Assembly: GCA_011523735.1 (NCBI GenBank)
Contig: WTGB01000028.1
Location: 34,048 to 98,047, forward strand
Length of the DNA: 64,000 bases
DNA from: Chloroflexota bacterium
Lineage (GTDB): Bacteria > Chloroflexota > Anaerolineae > Aggregatilineales > Phototrophicaceae
Reading direction: 5' to 3'
Shown here: piece after piece, positions 54,947-64,000 of the stretch
How positions within the stretch are numbered: position 1 is the first letter of the stretch
How the letters are laid out: each line of letters starts with the position of its first letter
Translations under genes and position numbers: made by a program
Notes under the pieces: generated by a model
Databases searched by the model: none
What the model saw: the letters and a program-made list of their open reading frames with translations, nothing else
What the model was told of the DNA's origin: nothing

Positions 54947-56344
54947 ATGGCTAAAGAATATGATGTCGCCGTGCTCGGCGCCGGTCCCGGCGGTTATGTC
55001 GGCGCCATCCGCGCCAGCCAACTTGGACTCAAGACAGCCATCATCGAAAAGAAATACTGGGGCGGCATCTGCCTGAACGTCGGCTGCATCCCGTCAAAAG
55101 CGCTGCTGCGCAATGCCGAACTCGCTTACATCCTCCAGCATCAAGCCGACACCTTCGGCATCAGTGGGGACTTCACCCTGGACTACAGCAAAGCTTTCAA
55201 ACGCAGCCGCCGCGTAGCCAATGGCTTGACCAAAGGCGTGCAATTCCTGATGCGCAAAAACAAAATCGACACCTTTGAAGGCTGGGCGACCATTAACGAT
55301 GCCAATAGCCTGACTGTCAACCTCAATAAAGGTGATAGCCAGACGATTCACTTCAAAAACCTGATTATCGCAACCGGCGCCAGCACACGCTTGCTCCCGG
55401 GCACGGCGCTAAGTGAACGCGTCGTCACCTACGAAGAACAAATCATGGAAGACGAGCTTCCCGCTAGCATCATCATCGCCGGCGCCGGCGCTATCGGCGT
55501 CGAATTCGCTTACATCATGTGCAATTACGGCGTCGATGTGACCCTGGTCGAATACCTCGATCGCATCCTGCCTTTGGAAGACCCGGAAATCAGCGCTGAA
55601 CTGGCTAAAGCCTTCAAGAAGCTCGGTATCAAGATCTTGACGGACACCCGCGTCGATTCAATCGACGACAGCAGCGAGCAAGTCGAAGTCGCAGTTACGC
55701 ATTCGGACGAGACACAGGAGACGCTGCGGTCCGAGCGCGTACTGCAAGCAATTGGCTTTCAGCCGCGCGTCGAAGGGTATGGGCTGGAATCGCTGGGGGT
55801 CGCGCTTAACAACGCCAGCGGCATCGCCATCAATGAGAAGATGCAAAGCAATATCCCTCACATTTACGCCATCGGTGATGTCACCGCCAAACTAATGCTG
55901 GCGCATGTGGCCGAGACGATGGGTGTGGTTGCCGCCGAGAATATCGCCGGCGCCCCGACGGTGACGCTCGACTTTGATATGATGCCGCGCGCGACATACT
56001 GCCAGCCCCAGGTCGCCAGTTTCGGCTACACGGAAACCCAGGCAAAAGAACGCGGCTACGAGATCAATGTCGCCAAGTTCCCCTTCCAAGCCAACGGCAA
56101 AGCCAGAGGCATGGGCGATGCGATTGGCTTCGTCAAAGTCATCAGCGACAAGAAATACGGCGAAATCCTCGGCGCGCACATGATCGGACATGATGTTACC
56201 GAACTCCTGCCCGAATTGACTTTGGCCCGCTCGGCCGAATTGACACCAGAAGATATCGCTCGCAACGTGCACGCGCACCCAACGCTCAGTGAAGCGCTGA
56301 AGGAAGCTGCGCACGGCTTGGAGGGCCATTTCCTCAATATCTAA
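54947..56344 (+). CDS. lpdA: Dihydrolipoyl dehydrogenase
   Basis: [15 protein letters not shown], redox disulfide [13 protein letters not shown], second Rossmann [13 protein letters not shown], and C-terminal HAHPTLSE. Confidence 0.9.
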   Translation: MAKEYDVAVLGAGPGGYVGAIRASQLGLKTAIIEKKYWGGICLNVGCIPSKALLRNAELAYILQHQADTFGISGDFTLDYSKAFKRSRRVANGLTKGVQFLMRKNKIDTFEGWATINDANSLTVNLNKGDSQTIHFKNLIIATGASTRLLPGTALSERVVTYEEQIMEDELPASIIIAGAGAIGVEFAYIMCNYGVDVTLVEYLDRILPLEDPEISAELAKAFKKLGIKILTDTRVDSIDDSSEQVEVAVTHSDETQETLRSERVLQAIGFQPRVEGYGLESLGVALNNASGIAINEKMQSNIPHIYAIGDVTAKLMLAHVAETMGVVAAENIAGAPTVTLDFDMMPRATYCQPQVASFGYTETQAKERGYEINVAKFPFQANGKARGMGDAIGFVKVISDKKYGEILGAHMIGHDVTELLPELTLARSAELTPEDIARNVHAHPTLSEALKEAAHGLEGHFLNI

Positions 56345-56397
56345 CCGCCAGCAATTGGCGCGCAGTAACGTATCAGCCTGTCGGCACTTTGTCTGTT

Positions 56398-57063
56398 TCA
56401 TCGCCAACAATCGATGATTAAGCTGGTGAAGTTGAGTTGCCCGCCCTTGTTGCGCTGGTCGTGGTCAGCCGAGCGCCCGACAAAGCCATCCTCCGCCTTC
56501 CAAGCCCGCTGATGAAAGCGCCCGCTGTCATCGAAGTATTCCAGCAGTTCAAACTGATAGTCTTGTTCACGGAGCAACTCGCTTATGAGATCGCAGGTGT
56601 AGAGCGCCTTGTGATCATCCGCGCCTTCGCCGATGCCGCCCGGGCGCACACGCGCGATATAGTCGCTGTCGGGATGATTGCCATCGGGCACAGCAATGCG
56701 GATGCGGCCGCTCGCCGACAGATGCTGCCGGGCAAATGCCAGAAAATGGGCGAACTCAGCAGTCGTCAAATGCTCGAAGACGTGCTCGGCCAGCATTCTG
56801 TCAATTGACATCGGCGGGAACAACAGCACCCAATGCTCGCGCTTGCGCACATCAAAAGCGGGGACATCGGTGGCGATCCAACCTTGAAAGCGCGTCTGCC
56901 CCGCTCCAATAATCACTTTGACCGCACGGCCCCCGTCGATAGTTTGCCGAACCTCTTCACGGATTCGCATCTGGTCACGCCGTAATTCACGCCTGCGGCG
57001 GTAGCCCCGAACAAAGGGCGCATAAATCGGGCGCAAGAGCCGCTTTAGCTGAACCATCGCCAC
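56398..57063 (-). CDS. COG4627-like putative SAM-dependent methyltransferase
   Basis: VKVIIGAGQTRFQGWIATDV...IDRMLAEHVFEHLT resembles the Methyltransf_11-like pattern I associate with COG4627. GTG at 57063 (or ATG at 57057). It follows the GT-C gene with essentially no gap. Confidence 0.55.
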   Translation of the reverse strand: MAMVQLKRLLRPIYAPFVRGYRRRRELRRDQMRIREEVRQTIDGGRAVKVIIGAGQTRFQGWIATDVPAFDVRKREHWVLLFPPMSIDRMLAEHVFEHLTTAEFAHFLAFARQHLSASGRIRIAVPDGNHPDSDYIARVRPGGIGEGADDHKALYTCDLISELLREQDYQFELLEYFDDSGRFHQRAWKAEDGFVGRSADHDQRNKGGQLNFTSLIIDCWR

Positions 57064-57065
57064 CG

Positions 57066-58970
57066 CTATTCTTCGACAGTGAAGTGGAACAATGGCAGAA
57101 TCGTCCCCACTTCGCCGGTGGTCAGGTCCCTGCCGCTTACCTTGGCGCTGCTCTGATAGCGGTCATAGACTATGACGACGACCCGGTAATCGCCCGGTGG
57201 CAGATCGGCAGTCGACAGTTCGACCACATACCACTTCAGAACATTGTCGTACAGATGTCGATCCGGCGCTTGGCGCATGTTCTGCCAAGCCGGAGTGATG
57301 ATCTGTATCGAGACATTGAATTCCTCAAGCAATTCGCGCTCAGTAACTTCCCAACCCGTGAATACTCGGATGACACTCTGGTCGCGGTTATGGTCAACGA
57401 ACTTATCTACAATTGTGATGCCGTTATCATAATGAATCGGCTGGTAGACGCGCTCGCATGTCAGCGACCGATCGACATAGCGCTGAACCTGCAAATCCGG
57501 TTCTGCCAGCACGATGGCGCAGGGTCGATAATGCTGCCGCAGCAGCGCTTCAACCTCCGCCAAATTCCCCGGCGCTGAGGACGGATCGTAAGTGAAAAGC
57601 AAGTAGGGGTGGTCCTCCAGCCTTTCTGTCAGGTCCATCGCCAACTCGTCGCCGGAAAAGAAACTCGGTACGAAAGTCCCATCAATGCCGAGCAGCGTTT
57701 CCATGTAATAATCTGCTGTTGATTTGCCTCGTTTGCCACGGTGATTAACGAAACCGGTCGCCGTGAAGCCCAGTAGGAAATCCTGCGGCTCGGTTTTGCC
57801 GCGCAGCGCTTCGACGTAGTCCGCCATTGGCGGATAGGCGTGGACGATGCCCACCGTGCCTTGATGCAAGAGATAGTCGTCCGCCCGCCGCAACGCAAAC
57901 CCCGAGACCAAGTACACAGCCAGGATAACAAGCGGGACCCAACGCCACTTGAACCAAGCCAGGCCGCTGCCGATGACCAGCGCCCACATGCCCCAAGCGA
58001 CGAAAAAATAACGGGATCGCCGCAAGGGTATCAGCCCAACTGCCTCATTTGCCACAAGGAGTACAACAAGAACTGTTGCTGCCAGAAACCAAAACCTGAG
58101 AACGCGACGCCGCCAGTCACGCTGACGCAAATAAAACATAGCAGCCAACATAACAGTCACCAGAACCAAGGGATTGCCGTTGCTTAGCAAGCGGACAAAT
58201 ATGCCGATCGCCTGTTCAAGCGTGATGGCGTCATAAGCAGTATCGAACTTCGTTGTTAGTCCTGTTAACGTGACCGGCAGCCAAGGCAGATACAGCGTGC
58301 CAGCGGCGAACATTGCCAGCGCCACCTGATACCATGCTTTTGAACGCTTGACGAAAAACAGATGATAGATGCCTAGTCCGATGTGGAAGAATATGGAAAA
58401 GGGCTGGGCGTAGAGACAAAACGCGGCGCTAATCGCCAGTCCAGCCCAGTGATACCAATGCGTCGGCCGTTTTCTGCTGACCAGATAGAAATAGTGCCAT
58501 GCCAGCGCCATGATCAGCGCGAACTGCAGGCTATACATGCGAATTTCATGCAGATAATCCAGCCAGAAGACATTCAAGCCCAGAAACGCAGCCGCCCAGA
58601 TTCCGCTCCAGCGATCAATGAAGTCAGCGCCGACGCGATAGGTCCAGGCGAGCGCAATGACGCCGAAGTAAAGCGGCAGACAACGCAAGGCAATATGATG
58701 CCAGCCAACGAGCGAAGCCCAGCCGGCCACAAGCTCAAAGAAAAACGGACTGTGCTTTGGGCTGTACTCGCGCACGGAATGAATTACATCGAGTGGTGAA
58801 AATGGCCCAGTCACACCGCCCGCATGGCTGATCGAAGTTAATTCGTCATACCAAATCAAGTCGGCGCCCAAGCCCCCCGCCGCCATGAATGCCACCAGCA
58901 GCAGCAGCGGGAGCATCAGGCTCCAATGCGCTTTCACAATCGACAACGTAAGATCGGCTTTTTCGCTCAT
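57066..58970 (-). CDS. GT-C fold membrane glycosyltransferase (PMT_2/ArnT-like), paralogue 1, with about 270-aa C-terminal extracytoplasmic domain
   Basis: Roughly a dozen predicted TM helices. First-loop DE motif (ADLIWYDELTSISHAGG), as in GT39/GT83 enzymes. The soluble C-terminal domain is shared with the upstream paralogue. Confidence 0.7.
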   Translation of the reverse strand: MSEKADLTLSIVKAHWSLMLPLLLLVAFMAAGGLGADLIWYDELTSISHAGGVTGPFSPLDVIHSVREYSPKHSPFFFELVAGWASLVGWHHIALRCLPLYFGVIALAWTYRVGADFIDRWSGIWAAAFLGLNVFWLDYLHEIRMYSLQFALIMALAWHYFYLVSRKRPTHWYHWAGLAISAAFCLYAQPFSIFFHIGLGIYHLFFVKRSKAWYQVALAMFAAGTLYLPWLPVTLTGLTTKFDTAYDAITLEQAIGIFVRLLSNGNPLVLVTVMLAAMFYLRQRDWRRRVLRFWFLAATVLVVLLVANEAVGLIPLRRSRYFFVAWGMWALVIGSGLAWFKWRWVPLVILAVYLVSGFALRRADDYLLHQGTVGIVHAYPPMADYVEALRGKTEPQDFLLGFTATGFVNHRGKRGKSTADYYMETLLGIDGTFVPSFFSGDELAMDLTERLEDHPYLLFTYDPSSAPGNLAEVEALLRQHYRPCAIVLAEPDLQVQRYVDRSLTCERVYQPIHYDNGITIVDKFVDHNRDQSVIRVFTGWEVTERELLEEFNVSIQIITPAWQNMRQAPDRHLYDNVLKWYVVELSTADLPPGDYRVVVIVYDRYQSSAKVSGRDLTTGEVGTILPLFHFTVEE

Positions 58971-58979
58971 CGTCGTCAG

Positions 58980-60863
58980 CTATGTGTCAACTGTAAAGAT
59001 CAACACCGAAAATATGTCGCTGGCTTGACCTGTGGTCATATCCACGCCCGGGACCTTCTTGATGGTGTAACGATCGTAAAGAATGACCATCGCGTTATAA
59101 TCGCCCGCCGGCAAGTCTTCGGTTGAGAGCTCGACCGCGTACCAGGTCAGTATATTGTCGTAAAGATGCCGGTCAGGCGCTTGCCTTACGCTCTGCCAAT
59201 CGGGCCCGATGATTTGCACCGATACATTGTAATGTTCGAGTTGCGCGTCATCAGCAACTTCCCAGCCGGTGAGAACTCGAACTGTCTTCGCCTCTTCATC
59301 GTAGTCAGCAGACGCATCAATGATCTTGATGCCGTTGTCGTAGTGGATTTCATGATACTCGCGATCACATGCCAGCGTGTGGAAAGCGTACCGCTGCACA
59401 TACACTTTTTGGGTATCTACGAGAATTTCGCAGGGAGCGTAGTCTTGCTCAAGCAGCGTATTGACTTCAGAAAAGTTGCTCGGCAGGTTGCTCGGCTCAT
59501 AAGTGAAGAGCAAATATGGATGGTTGCCCACCCGTCGGTCAAACTCTTCATGGAGTTCGCTTCCCGCCAACTCTGTATAGATAAAGGCGCCGTGAATACC
59601 GAGCACAGCCTGTGAATAGTATTCGACAGTGCTAAAGCCATACCGCAAGCCATTGTTCCACAATGGATATTCGATAAAGCTCAGGATGGCATCTTGCGGG
59701 TGAGCTATGCCTTGCAGCGCATCGGCGAATCGATGGAACGGGGGATGCGGCAAGAGCAAGGAATGATGACCCGCGTACTCCCATTTTTCTGACTGCTGAT
59801 AGATATGGTAACCGCCAGCCAGCCAGACAAGCGCAAACAGTGGGACGACAATCTGCCAGCGAGGCACCGACATGAGAAAATGCGCGAATAGAACAAGCGC
59901 AAAAGTCAAAGCTACCAGGAAATAGCGCAGGCGAGTGGTCGAAACAAAGTGATAGCGCTCGTGGAACAGGAAGAGCGACAGCATCATGACGGCAACAAGC
60001 AGAACCAAACGCAGGACTGCAGGCGACCGCTGCCGCCAGAGCGTCCATCCGCCCGCGATAATCAGTAGCACCCAGAGCAACTCTTCACCGTTCGCAAAGA
60101 CATTCGCCAGTATCGTTACTAGCTCCGATGAGGCGACCGCCTTGGATCTAATCAAGACACTGTTGGTGTCTCTCGAAAAACTAGCCGCGAGCACCGATAT
60201 ATACGGCAGAAACGTCAACAATCCCGCTCCCCATGCCACGACAACGCCGAACCACCTTCGACTTCTGACCGCGAGGAGAAGATGATGAACGCCCAAGCCA
60301 AGTATGATAAAGACGGAAAATGGATGCGTGTAGAGCAGAGCGCTTGCCGTTCCGGCAAATATTATCCAGCTTGCTATGCCTGCTTTGCCCCCCGCCATGA
60401 GTCGCCAATAGTGCCAGGCATGCGCGACGCTCAAAAAAATCCACAATGTATAATTCCGCATTTCATGAAAATAGATGATGATGAAGGCGTTTGTCGCGAA
60501 CAAGAATGCTGCGAGACAGGCTGTCCGACGATTGAGCATATCGGCCGAAAGGCGATACAACCAGGCAATGGACAGCAGGCCGAATAGAAGCGACAAATAG
60601 CGCAGCGGCACTTGCAACCATCCCACCAAATGCGCCCATCCCGCTCCAATAATGTAGTAGAGTAGAAGGCTATTTGGATCGCGAGAAACGACGGACTTGA
60701 CGATATGAGGAATACTACTTGGCGGATCCTCAGCGCCCATGGCTGAAACAGAAGCCATCTCATCTACCCATAAGATGTCCGCATTAAGCTGGGCCGCGCC
60801 CAAAGCAAAGCCCAGGAGCATGATCATCACCATGACCAAGAGCGACGCTCTGCGCGAGATCAT
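58980..60863 (-). CDS. GT-C fold membrane glycosyltransferase (PMT_2/ArnT-like), paralogue 2
   Basis: Trimmed to the ATG at 60863 (MISRRASLLVMVMIML...), which overlaps the GNAT stop as ATGA. DE motif ADILWVDEMASVSAMGA. Same architecture as paralogue 1. Confidence 0.7.
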   Translation of the reverse strand: MISRRASLLVMVMIMLLGFALGAAQLNADILWVDEMASVSAMGAEDPPSSIPHIVKSVVSRDPNSLLLYYIIGAGWAHLVGWLQVPLRYLSLLFGLLSIAWLYRLSADMLNRRTACLAAFLFATNAFIIIYFHEMRNYTLWIFLSVAHAWHYWRLMAGGKAGIASWIIFAGTASALLYTHPFSVFIILGLGVHHLLLAVRSRRWFGVVVAWGAGLLTFLPYISVLAASFSRDTNSVLIRSKAVASSELVTILANVFANGEELLWVLLIIAGGWTLWRQRSPAVLRLVLLVAVMMLSLFLFHERYHFVSTTRLRYFLVALTFALVLFAHFLMSVPRWQIVVPLFALVWLAGGYHIYQQSEKWEYAGHHSLLLPHPPFHRFADALQGIAHPQDAILSFIEYPLWNNGLRYGFSTVEYYSQAVLGIHGAFIYTELAGSELHEEFDRRVGNHPYLLFTYEPSNLPSNFSEVNTLLEQDYAPCEILVDTQKVYVQRYAFHTLACDREYHEIHYDNGIKIIDASADYDEEAKTVRVLTGWEVADDAQLEHYNVSVQIIGPDWQSVRQAPDRHLYDNILTWYAVELSTEDLPAGDYNAMVILYDRYTIKKVPGVDMTTGQASDIFSVLIFTVDT

Positions 60864-61459
60864 GTGCCTTTCCTTGCCTTCGGAAGCGCGCGATACTCCG
60901 GCGCCAAGATGCCGAACTGCCAGAGACTCTGAAACGCGTCCCGTTTGTAAACCCGATCGCGCCAAACACCTTCCAGCGTGAAACCGGCTTTCCTCAGCAG
61001 CGCGGCCGAAGCGGCATTGCCCTCGACCACGTCCGCTTCCACACGATGTACATCCAAGCGCTCAAAGCAGAATTCCAGGACCGTCGCCAAAGCCTCGCTC
61101 ATGATGCCCCGCCGCCAATAATCCGAATGCAGCTCATAGCCGACCTCCACCCGCCGATGCCGTGTTTCGTAAAGATGAAAGCCACAAGACCCGATCATTC
61201 GGTTGTCTGGTTTGAGCGCAATCGCCCAGCGGATCCCGGACTGCTCTGCAAAGATGCGCTCCGCCCAGCGGATGATTGCCGCCCCGACCGCGTCGCTGGG
61301 CTGTCCGTCAAAATCAATCAGATAGTCGAGTACGCCCGGACTATGCCAGACCGCCATCCAATCGCGATGATCGGCCTCAGTGATGCGCCGCAACATAAGC
61401 CGCTGTGTCTCAAGCATTGGTGTTTCTGCAAAGTCGAACTGCGTCACAAGCGCCTCCAA
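60860..61459 (-). CDS. GNAT-family N-acetyltransferase (RimJ/RimL-like)
   Basis: LETQRLMLRRITEADH... and the acetyl-CoA site YWRRGIMSEALATVLEFCFERL...[17 protein letters not shown]. Confidence 0.85.
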   Translation of the reverse strand: MEALVTQFDFAETPMLETQRLMLRRITEADHRDWMAVWHSPGVLDYLIDFDGQPSDAVGAAIIRWAERIFAEQSGIRWAIALKPDNRMIGSCGFHLYETRHRRVEVGYELHSDYWRRGIMSEALATVLEFCFERLDVHRVEADVVEGNAASAALLRKAGFTLEGVWRDRVYKRDAFQSLWQFGILAPEYRALPKARKGT

Positions 61460-61538
61460 ACCTGGTCCTAGCCCGCAATATGCCCGGCATGCCGCGTCAT
61501 CTTAGCGATCTCCATCAGCGCATTTGCCTGCCGACATG

Positions 61539-63605
61539 CTAAAGGCGCTCAACGATGATCTCGACAATATCGGCAACCCGCGGGCCATCATCACTCTCAC
61601 TGCGCGCATCTTCAAACATGCGCGTGCAAAATGGGCAGCCAACCGCCAGGATGTCGGCGCCGGTTGAGGCGGCTTCCTGAAATCGTTCGAGATTGACCTT
61701 GCGCTCGCCCTGTTCTTCTTCCTTCCAAAGCTGCCCGCCGCCAGCGCCACAGCAAAAAGAATTTGCCCGATTGCGCGGCATCTCAACCAGAGACGCACCC
61801 GACGCATTCAGCACATTGCGTGGCGCGTCAAATACATTATTGTGCCGTCCGAGATAGCAGGGATCGTGAAAGGTCACATTGCTCCAATTCGAGGGGCTCG
61901 CGCTCGTTGGCAGCTTGCCCGCAGCAATCAACTCTTCGATTAGCTCGCTATGATGAATAACTTCGTAGTCGCCACCGAAGGCATGGTACTCTTTGCCAAT
62001 GTTGTGATAGCAATGCGGGCAAGTGACAACAATGCGTTTAGGCTTGACATCGTTGAGCAAAGCCACATTCGCCGATGCCAACTCAAAGTACAAGTATTCA
62101 TTGCCAGCCCGCCGCGCCACATCGCCGGTACAACTCTCATCCTCACCCAGAATCGCGAAGTTAACGCTTGCTGCATGCAGCACCTTGACCAATGCCCGCG
62201 CCGTTTGCTGGGCTCGCGGATCATAACTGACGGCGCAGCCGGTCCAATACAGAACGTCAAAGTCCGGATTCTCAGCGACGGTCGGCACCGGGAAATCCAG
62301 CCCGACCGTCCAGTTGCTACGCGGCTCCGCGATCTGCCAGGGATTCCCCTGGCGCTCCATGCCGTTGAAAGCGCCCTGCAGCTCATTAGGGAACTCGCTC
62401 CCCATCAGAACGGCATCGCGCCGGATATCCAAGATGTCGAACATAGGTTCATTGCCCACCGGGCAGATGTCGATGCAGGCGCCGCAAGCCGTGCAAGCCC
62501 AAAGCGCCGATTCGCTTAAAAGATTGCCCGCCAAAGTCCACTCCGATTTGGCTCCGCTTGCCAGGGCCTCCCAATGTTCTTTGATAAGAAAGCGTTTATT
62601 GACTTCCAGCGCAGCCGGCGAGAGCTCCTTGCCAGTCACATACGCTGGGCAAACATCTTGGCAGCGGTTGCACATAATGCAAGCAAAGCTGTCCAAGATC
62701 TGTGTCTTTTGAAGATCTTCGAGCTTGCCCGCCCCAAATTGCTCAAGAGCCTCATCCTCGAAATCCAGCGGCGTCAATTCACCCATTGAGCGACGCCGCG
62801 GACGCGTCAGGAAATTCAGCGGCGCCATGAAAAGGTGCGCATGCTTGCTCTGCGGAAAATAAGGCAAAAACACCAGAATCCCGCCCAAAGCGATCCACCA
62901 AAACAGATGCCGCAATACCTCCAGCGCATCACGGTTCAGCCCGCCCCATACAACTGCAACCGATGTCGCAAAAGGCATAAATATGTCATCATCGTGCTGC
63001 GCGACCGCCACCGACTCGCCCAGGAAACGCGCGCCAACGTGAAAGACGATGAAGGCCGCTACGATCATCGAATCCAACGTGACAGCGCCGGCGGCGACTT
63101 GGCGATGCAGCAGGATATTGTCATGGAAGCCCAGCGCCGTTCTGTTTGGCAAGATCAGTCGCCTCAAGACGAAATAGACTATCCCGACCAAGACAACGAT
63201 GCTCAGAATATCACTGAGTAAGCGAAAACCATCGTAGAACCTGTCCGCTGCCCAGAGATGCCTCTCGAAATCCGGGATGAATCCAATCAGCAAGTCGATC
63301 GCATTAACCAGGAAATACCAGGTGAAACCCAAAACCACGCCCCAATGAATCAGGCTGGTCAAGCGGCGCGTCTTGAGCGTCGTCCGCTGTGTGATATACA
63401 CAGCCAGTGCTTTTAATGCCCGGCGCAGGATACCCTTAAGATCTAACTCGCCCTGACCGCGACCGATGATCAAAAACATCTCTTTGAAGCCAGCATAACT
63501 TGCGCCCAAAGAAAACAGCGCAAGCAGCACGAACAGCATCTTCTCTACGTCAGTCAGCATCGGTCCCGGCTCGCTTTTCCAGCGCTTGGCGCGCTCTTCT
63601 TGCAC
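61539..63605 (-). CDS. Fused membrane (NarI/DsrM-like, His-containing helices) + HdrD/DsrK/GlpC-like Fe-S oxidoreductase
   Basis: About 6 N-terminal TM helices with conserved-looking His (SLIHWGVV, FIVFHVGA, LRHLFWW, SKHAHLF). Two ferredoxin motifs (CIMCNRCQDVCP, CTACGACIDICP). Two CCG-type Cys-rich domains (TCPHCYH; FCCGAGGG...GCPFCTRMF). Confidence 0.8.
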   Translation of the reverse strand: MQEERAKRWKSEPGPMLTDVEKMLFVLLALFSLGASYAGFKEMFLIIGRGQGELDLKGILRRALKALAVYITQRTTLKTRRLTSLIHWGVVLGFTWYFLVNAIDLLIGFIPDFERHLWAADRFYDGFRLLSDILSIVVLVGIVYFVLRRLILPNRTALGFHDNILLHRQVAAGAVTLDSMIVAAFIVFHVGARFLGESVAVAQHDDDIFMPFATSVAVVWGGLNRDALEVLRHLFWWIALGGILVFLPYFPQSKHAHLFMAPLNFLTRPRRRSMGELTPLDFEDEALEQFGAGKLEDLQKTQILDSFACIMCNRCQDVCPAYVTGKELSPAALEVNKRFLIKEHWEALASGAKSEWTLAGNLLSESALWACTACGACIDICPVGNEPMFDILDIRRDAVLMGSEFPNELQGAFNGMERQGNPWQIAEPRSNWTVGLDFPVPTVAENPDFDVLYWTGCAVSYDPRAQQTARALVKVLHAASVNFAILGEDESCTGDVARRAGNEYLYFELASANVALLNDVKPKRIVVTCPHCYHNIGKEYHAFGGDYEVIHHSELIEELIAAGKLPTSASPSNWSNVTFHDPCYLGRHNNVFDAPRNVLNASGASLVEMPRNRANSFCCGAGGGQLWKEEEQGERKVNLERFQEAASTGADILAVGCPFCTRMFEDARSESDDGPRVADIVEIIVERL

Positions 63606-63686
63606 CGCTTCAGTTTACCATTGGGCAGGGTTTTCACGAAAGCGCCCAGAACTTGACCATCGCGCCCACTGCCGAGGCATGTAAGC

Positions 63687-63714
63687 TTGCAGATGCGTCA
63701 GCCATCTGTAGAAT
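63687..63714 (+). promoter_or_regulatory. Candidate sigma-70-type promoter for the right-edge ORF
   Basis: TTGCAG (63687..63692), a 16-nt spacer, TAGAAT (63709..63714). AAGGAG RBS at 63739..63744. Confidence 0.35.
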
Positions 63715-63752
63715 GAGCTTTAAAATGCAAATGACTGTAAGGAGTGACTTTC

Positions 63753-64000
63753 ATGATTGACTTCTCACCTATGCGCGATGGGGAACTGAGCTATCTCGAA
63801 TACGCCGCGCAGGAAAACATCGGACCTTCTGAGCTGCGAAGCCTCAGCGACGAAAGCGTTGATTTTCTGCTCAGCCTGCTAGAAAACCTCGCCGACGCCG
63901 ATATCGTCTTTGATCCGGACGATCCTGGCGCCGATGACCCCTTCGCCGTCGAGGGCGAAGAGCATATCGGCTGGAATTTCGGCCACCTCATCGCCCATGT
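63753..64000 (+). CDS. Partial ORF (5' end only), possibly DinB-superfamily
   Basis: My own translation: MIDFSPMRDGELSYLEYAAQENIGPSELRSLSDESVDFLLSLLENLADADIVFDPDDPGADDPFAVEGEEHIGWNFGHLIAH... It has a strong AAGGAG RBS and no stop before the window end. The W..GHLIAH segment is reminiscent of the DinB helix-2 His. The family call is weak. Confidence 0.45.
   Translation, partial: MIDFSPMRDGELSYLEYAAQENIGPSELRSLSDESVDFLLSLLENLADADIVFDPDDPGADDPFAVEGEEHIGWNFGHLIAH

Noticed and set aside
1-64000. Searched by eye for CRISPR repeats, tRNA/rRNA genes, IS elements, integrases and phage genes
   Set aside because: No regularly spaced direct repeats, no cloverleaf-like sequences in the intergenic regions, and no transposase or integrase-like translations in the ORF track. 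The only repeats found are intragenic (17595/18363) or paralogous genes (the Fem pair, the GT-C pair). tRNAscan/Infernal would be the formal check.

Overview
Densely coding chromosomal segment, genes on both strands, about 55-65% GC by my spot counts. I saw no rRNA, tRNA, CRISPR array, transposase or integrase. Protein sequences and gene order suggest a Chloroflexota-type (Anaerolineae-like) genome, but that is only an impression.

Gene content, left to right:
- Membrane-arm nuo genes (nuoK-J-H-A, minus strand).
- Two tandem FemAB-family peptidyltransferases plus a PhyH-type dioxygenase.
- A 1972-aa alpha-2-macroglobulin homologue with a degenerate thioester motif.
- APH-fold kinase, HNH nuclease, LysE exporter, M20 peptidase, lipoprotein, methyltransferase.
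- A secreted three-repeat His/Glu/Gly-rich protein followed by an OmpR-type response regulator and a histidine kinase.
- A TetR-led beta-oxidation operon (SDR, fadN-like, thiolase) containing a low-GC Mrr-type nuclease gene.
- serB-like/HAD/serA, then a MntA-HepT toxin-antitoxin pair, then uvrC.
- A long dcw cluster: rsmH, ftsL-like, ftsI-like, mraY, murD, ftsW, murG, murC, murB, ftsQ, ftsA, ftsZ.
- Class II ribonucleotide reductase, a DUF218 protein, an arginase-fold protein and a small Cys-rich protein.
- infC-rpmI-rplT, a TrmH-family methyltransferase and lpdA.
- A tightly coupled minus-strand operon (GNAT, two paralogous GT-C membrane glycosyltransferases, COG4627-like methyltransferase) preceded by a fused membrane + HdrD-like Fe-S protein.
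- A partial DinB-like ORF at the right edge.

Most of the window is housekeeping. What I would look at first:
1. The dcw-cluster FtsI-like PBP, in which all three catalytic boxes are altered (SLMQ / SLD / KPG).
2. The three-repeat EHGG-linker secreted protein with its adjacent two-component system.
3. The GNAT / tandem GT-C / methyltransferase operon with an unassigned shared C-terminal domain.
4. The thioester-less giant alpha-2-macroglobulin.
5. The low-GC Mrr-type nuclease embedded in the fad operon.

I did not find a clear-cut multi-gene novel defence system. All functional calls come from motif recognition by eye on the supplied translations and on my own reading of the DNA. No database search or computation was possible.
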